Shown: in pieces, positions 59,371 to 64,000 of the stretch
Numbering within the stretch: position 1 is the stretch's first letter
How the letters are laid out: every line of letters starts with the position of its first letter
NCBI RefSeq assembly: GCF_009914755.1
Contig: NC_060930.1
Direction: 5' to 3' (one strand)
DNA length: 64,000 nucleotides
Source of the DNA: the human T2T-CHM13v2.0 reference genome, Homo sapiens
Notes under the pieces: model-generated
Database searches by the model: none
What the model was told of the DNA's origin: nothing
The model's input: the letters and a program-made list of their open reading frames with translations, nothing else
Made by a program: the position numbers and the translations under genes

Positions 59371-59841
59371 TGGTGGACTAGTACCCACTGCTGGACTGGG
59401 TGGTGGATTAGTACCCACTGCTGGACTGGGTGCTGGATTAGTACCCACCGCTGGACTGGGTGCTGATTAGTACCCACCGCTGGACTGGGTGCTGGATTAG
59501 TACCCACCGCTGGACTGGGTGCTGATTAGTACCCACCGCTGGACTGGGTGCTGGATTAGTACCCACCGCTGGACTGGGTGCTGATTAGTACCCACCGCTG
59601 GACTGGGTGCTGGATTAGTACCCACCGCTGGACTGGGTGCTGATTAGTACCCACCGCTGGACTGGGTGCTGACTAGTACCCACCGCTGGACTGGGTGCTG
59701 GATTAGTACCCACCGCTGGACTGGGTGCTGACTAGTACCCACCGCTGGACTGGGTGCTGGATTAGTACCCACCGCTGGACTGGGTGCTGATTAGTACCCA
59801 CTGCTGGACTGGGTGCTGGATTAGTACCCACTGCTGGACTG
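59371..59841 (+). repeat. GC-rich minisatellite, 16 units of 29/30 bp (TAGTACCCACCGCTGGACTGGGTGCTG[G]AT)
   Basis: Units start at 59379, 59409, 59439, 59468, 59498, 59527, 59557, 59586, 59616, 59645, 59674, 59704, 59733, 59763, 59792 and 59822. Confidence 0.98.
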
Positions 59842-60351
59842 CAGGGGCGCAGCACTCACTGTGAAGGTCAAGGAAACAGTAATGAAATCCCCAGGTGGGA
59901 GCAGGTTTGTGAGTGCCTCTCTCAATTTGTTCTTGAGATATGTTAATCTGTTCACTCCAGAGAGGTTTGGAAAAGGAGGCTCCCTTAGCTGGTGGGTGGG
60001 GAGGGGAACGAGGAGGGCCTGTCTGCACAGATCTGGGTGTGGAAGGGGTCCTATCAGGCCACCGAGCCTGGCCCATTTCCTCACTGCACCGGGCTGCCTT
60101 GGTGCCAGCATGACCCCCACGCAGACTTATCAGGGCAGAAAGCACTAAATATTTGAATACTTTACGGCCACGTGTCTACTTTTAAGTTGGTTTACTATTA
60201 TTTTTCAATTCCCATGTAAAGTATTTCTTCATTTAAATTAATGAATTGCCACTTTGGTTAGGACCCTATTAGTCCTCAGAAATGGGTTTGCTTTGATCGG
60301 ACCAACCGGATTCCTGAGTGTACCTGACAGAGCCGGGAATTCCCCCTCAAG

Positions 60352-60552
60352 CAGTGGTTCTCAGCTGTGGGCAAGTTTGTCCCTCTAGGGGATTTTTGGC
60401 TGTCACAAGTAGGAGTGGGGTGACTACTCCTGGCATGTAACAGTTAGAGGCCAGGAATGTGGCTGAGCATCCGATTCTGCACAGGTTGGCCTCTTCCACA
60501 ATAAAGGATTAATGGGCCCAAAATCTCAACATCGAGATTGAGAAACACCTCG
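60352..60552 (+). mobile_element. MER20 hAT MITE
   Basis: CAGTGGTTCTCA...tttttggctgtcacaa...ctggcat...tagaggccagga...gattgagaaac; perfect 8-bp TSD CCCTCAAG at 60344-60351 and 60553-60560. Confidence 0.85.
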
Positions 60553-61656
60553 CCCTCAAGGAATGTCACCCTTGAGGCCCTGGCCAGGAGGCCAGCGATG
60601 AGGCAACCCTGATGACCTGACTTCTTGTGCCCATCTCTTCTCTAGGCCACAACACATATTCAGTGCTGGGTACTCTGCTCTATGCTACAAACGATGCGAT
60701 CATACCTCCATGCCATGAATGAGCACCCAGTGCAGTTATGAAGAGAGGACTGTAATCATTGTCATGGCATGTAATTATGCATCTAGAAAGAGTGACTGTT
60801 TTATGAAGGGTGAATGGGGTGATGGGAGAGCGTCAGGAAAGCAGAGGCTGGAGGCAGATGCTAGAAATGGACTCACAGGCATAGAAATGGTTCCTATGCA
60901 GGCTACCCACACAAAAGGCCGAAGAATCTGCTCACCATCCGCCTTGCAACCTGCCCTTCCCCCAGCAGAAAAGAGACAAGAAAAGAAATGAGCCTGATGA
61001 CTTACTCCTGGGACGCAGGACACAGTCTGAGATGATTGCATTGATTGTCTGCTGATGGCTGCAGTATCCTGGGAAGAAGATGTGCTTGCATAGACAGATA
61101 GTTCTTTAAAATTTCATCCGCCTCGGTTAACCTCTACCCACAGAAGACTGACAGCTCACGAGGAGCCCATGGAGATGGGCAAGAGACCAAATTTCACTCC
61201 AGGATCAATTCAAGTCTCCCATTCTCATTTCAGAGTTGATCTAAGATAAGCACTGGCAGGGTCTTTGCAGATAATAATCTGCCTTTAAACCCCGTGGTGG
61301 ATTTGTGGAAAGTCCACTGAAGAACAGAAAGCCTCTGACTCCATCCACCCACCGCCTTGGGAACTCTGAGAGCAGCCACCACAGGTGTCCTTGAGAGCAG
61401 CTGCTCAGTCAAGTTCAATCCTGGGTTACACATTGGTTTTGAGAAGAGTTCATCTTTAATTTAATGTATGTACTGCATTGTCACTCAGATGGTTTTAATC
61501 ACAAGGCCCTTTCCCTTCTCCCACCATCTCTGGCTAAACCATAATAAAAACAACACTCCCTGAAAACTATAGTAGCTTGTCTTATAAAGTACTGCTGTTA
61601 GTTTTTCTCCAAATTCTAAAATACTACCCTTTCTTGCAGTAATTTTGCTGTTCTTA

Positions 61657-62124
<468 letters not shown>

Positions 62125-62632
62125 TCAAGGCCAGCTTGAGCAACAAAGTGAGACTGGCCTCTTAAAAGAAAGACCAGTCTCACTTTTAACATTTTAAACA
62201 AAACTAAAAAATAAATTTACCACACATCTGTTATGTGCCAGGCTCTGCACTGGGCATGGGAGACAGACTGTGGAATATGCCATGGCAAGGTGTGAAGGTA
62301 CAGGGGAAAGCAGAGCCCAGATGATCTGGGTTAACGTCTCAGCTCTGCTCCTTCTTATGACCTAGCTGAGCTGCTTAATCTCCCTCATCTTTACTTTCTC
62401 TCTCTGTAAAATGGAGCACGATGAGAGTTTTCACACACTAGCTTTGTTATGAGGCTAAAATGAGTTAATAAATGTGAAGTCCATGTACTGGCACATAGGA
62501 GGCCCTCAGTGAAGGCAGGCTGTCATCATTCTTGCATATCCTGTAAGTCAGCCAGTCACCTCAGTGTCTCTAATGACCTCTGCAGGTTACCTGGCATAAA
62601 CTAGACTGAGGCATCATCTCCTACAAGAATTT

Positions 62633-62803
62633 CTTTTCTCTTCTATAAAAAAACAAAACGGGATACATGTGCAGAATGTGCAGGTTTGTTACATAGGTAT
62701 GCGTGTGCCATGATGGTTTGCTGCACCTACTGACCCATCCTCTAAGTTCCCTCCCCTCACCCCACTCTCCAACAGGCCCTGGTGTGTGTTGTTCCCCTCT
62801 CCT
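62633..62803 (-). mobile_element. Short L1PA (about PA8) 3' end
   Basis: gggatacatgtgcagaatgtgcaggtttgttacataggtat...; TSD taca(a/g)gaattt. Confidence 0.85.
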
Positions 62804-63802
62804 TACAGGAATTTTAGTGTCTGGCTTCAAACTAACATAAAATTCAAAATGCACCTCTCGTCTTGGAGGATCCCACACAGAAATGACCATGAAGTAGTTA
62901 TGATGTTTAACCTAAACAGAGCAGAGATGCCCGTGCCAACCAGAGTTATTAGGAACAGCTTCATGCTGATATCATCTGAGTTTAAAATAACCAAGAAAAA
63001 GAAGAACTTGCTAAATGTTTTCTCCCAAGGTCAGCCAAGCAGAGGAGTGTGGTTTTCCAGAGGAACTTTGTCATGTTGTCCATATAATTTCCATATAATT
63101 TCCAGGCTGACGGTGGAACTTAAGTGGGGGAAAATAATTCTACTAAGAAGAGTTTCATGACATCAGAAAACACAGAGAAAGTGCTGCAACGAGGTCTCAA
63201 CACTGTTCGTGTTGGGTCTCTAGAGCCACCACTAGTTTCTGGATGCACTGCTGTTACTATTAAGAAAGCTGTAGGGGGTTGAAACCCACTTGTTTTTATC
63301 AGAACAAGACAGAGACTTGCAGTGTATTATGGGAAATCAGCTCCAAAGGACATGAGGATATTCAGTGAACTAATGGGTATGTAATTGGACGCAGGTAGTT
63401 TTTCTTTTTTAAAATGCTATACTTTGAGTCGATGTGGGGGGAGCTGTTGTCACCTGGAAATCTATGAGTAATTCACTATGAATGGGAACCTTGAGAGATT
63501 CTCTCTCTCAGATTGTTCTTTCAGAAAGAGAATACACAAGCCTTCTCTTCCTCTGTGTCTCCTGCGTTAGAAATTCCACTCTTCCCATTTAGTTAATTAA
63601 CAAATGTTTACCATCCTTATGCTCAACCAGCATGGAAGGTACAAAAAATATATAAAATGGACAACAGTCAACAGCTAACCACTTGATCCCTCCCTGCCCA
63701 GCACAGTTTATGCTGTGTGTGAACAATTTATAAAATTGTTCAATGAAAGAAGTATCCTGTTTCATTGGCCAATAAATGCTTCTATTAGAAGTGATACCGC
63801 CA

Positions 63803-63966
63803 GGGCAGGCGCGGTGGCTCACGCCTGCAGTCCCAGCTGCTGGGGGAGGGGGGCTGAGGCAGGAGGATGCTTGAGCTTAGGAGTTAGAGGTTGCAGTGAG
63901 CCATGATGGCGCCACTGCCCTCCAGCCTGGGTGACAGAGCGAGACCCTGCCCACCCCCCAAAAAAA
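63803..63966 (+). mobile_element. Monomeric Alu (FAM/FRAM-like)
   Basis: Single arm ggcgcggtggctcacgcctg...gacagagcgagaccctg with a short A-tail. Confidence 0.85.
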
Positions 63967-64000
63967 GTCATACCCCCATGGTTTAGAGGCTGTCTCCACA

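Noticed and set aside
59371-59841. CRISPR-like look (29-30 bp palindromic repeats)
   Set aside because: Units are contiguous with no unique spacers, there are no cas genes, and the context is a primate intron.
59154-60148. Repetitive ORFs (QHPVQRWVLI..., WTGCWISTH...)
   Set aside because: Translations of the VNTR edges; the 29/30-bp alternation breaks the frame and introduces stops.

Overview
Primate, almost certainly human, genomic DNA lying inside AGPAT4 (1-acylglycerol-3-phosphate O-acyltransferase 4 / LPAAT-delta), which is transcribed on the minus strand. The only supportable coding sequence is the first coding exon: exon 26721->26455 (267 nt), CDS 26632->26455, MDLAGLLKSQFLCHLVFCYV..., with canonical AG/GT splice sites. 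Everything else is intronic and rich in transposon relics: about 20 Alus, L1 fragments, a 5'-truncated MER4A1 provirus, MaLR and LTR10 solo LTRs, DNA-transposon MITEs (Tigger3a, MER47A, MER63, MER45A, MER20, MER85), MIR/L2/L3 fragments, STRs and three minisatellites. Most interesting: (1) an intact LTR10-type solo LTR with an 8-unit AP-1/TEAD-motif VNTR, which also reads as an array of cryptic splice donors on the gene strand; (2) a full-length piggyBac MER85 with a consensus CSB-PGBD3 palindrome plus an extra half-site, on the other side of the coding exon; (3) an unexplained near-perfect 78-nt hairpin abutting a MER45A; (4) a tail-to-tail inverted Alu pair 20 nt apart; (5) a 16-copy 29/30-bp higher-order VNTR. 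Repeat subfamily names are recognised from memory of consensus sequences and need Dfam/RepeatMasker confirmation. No new protein-coding system is evident; the other listed ORFs look spurious or repeat-derived.
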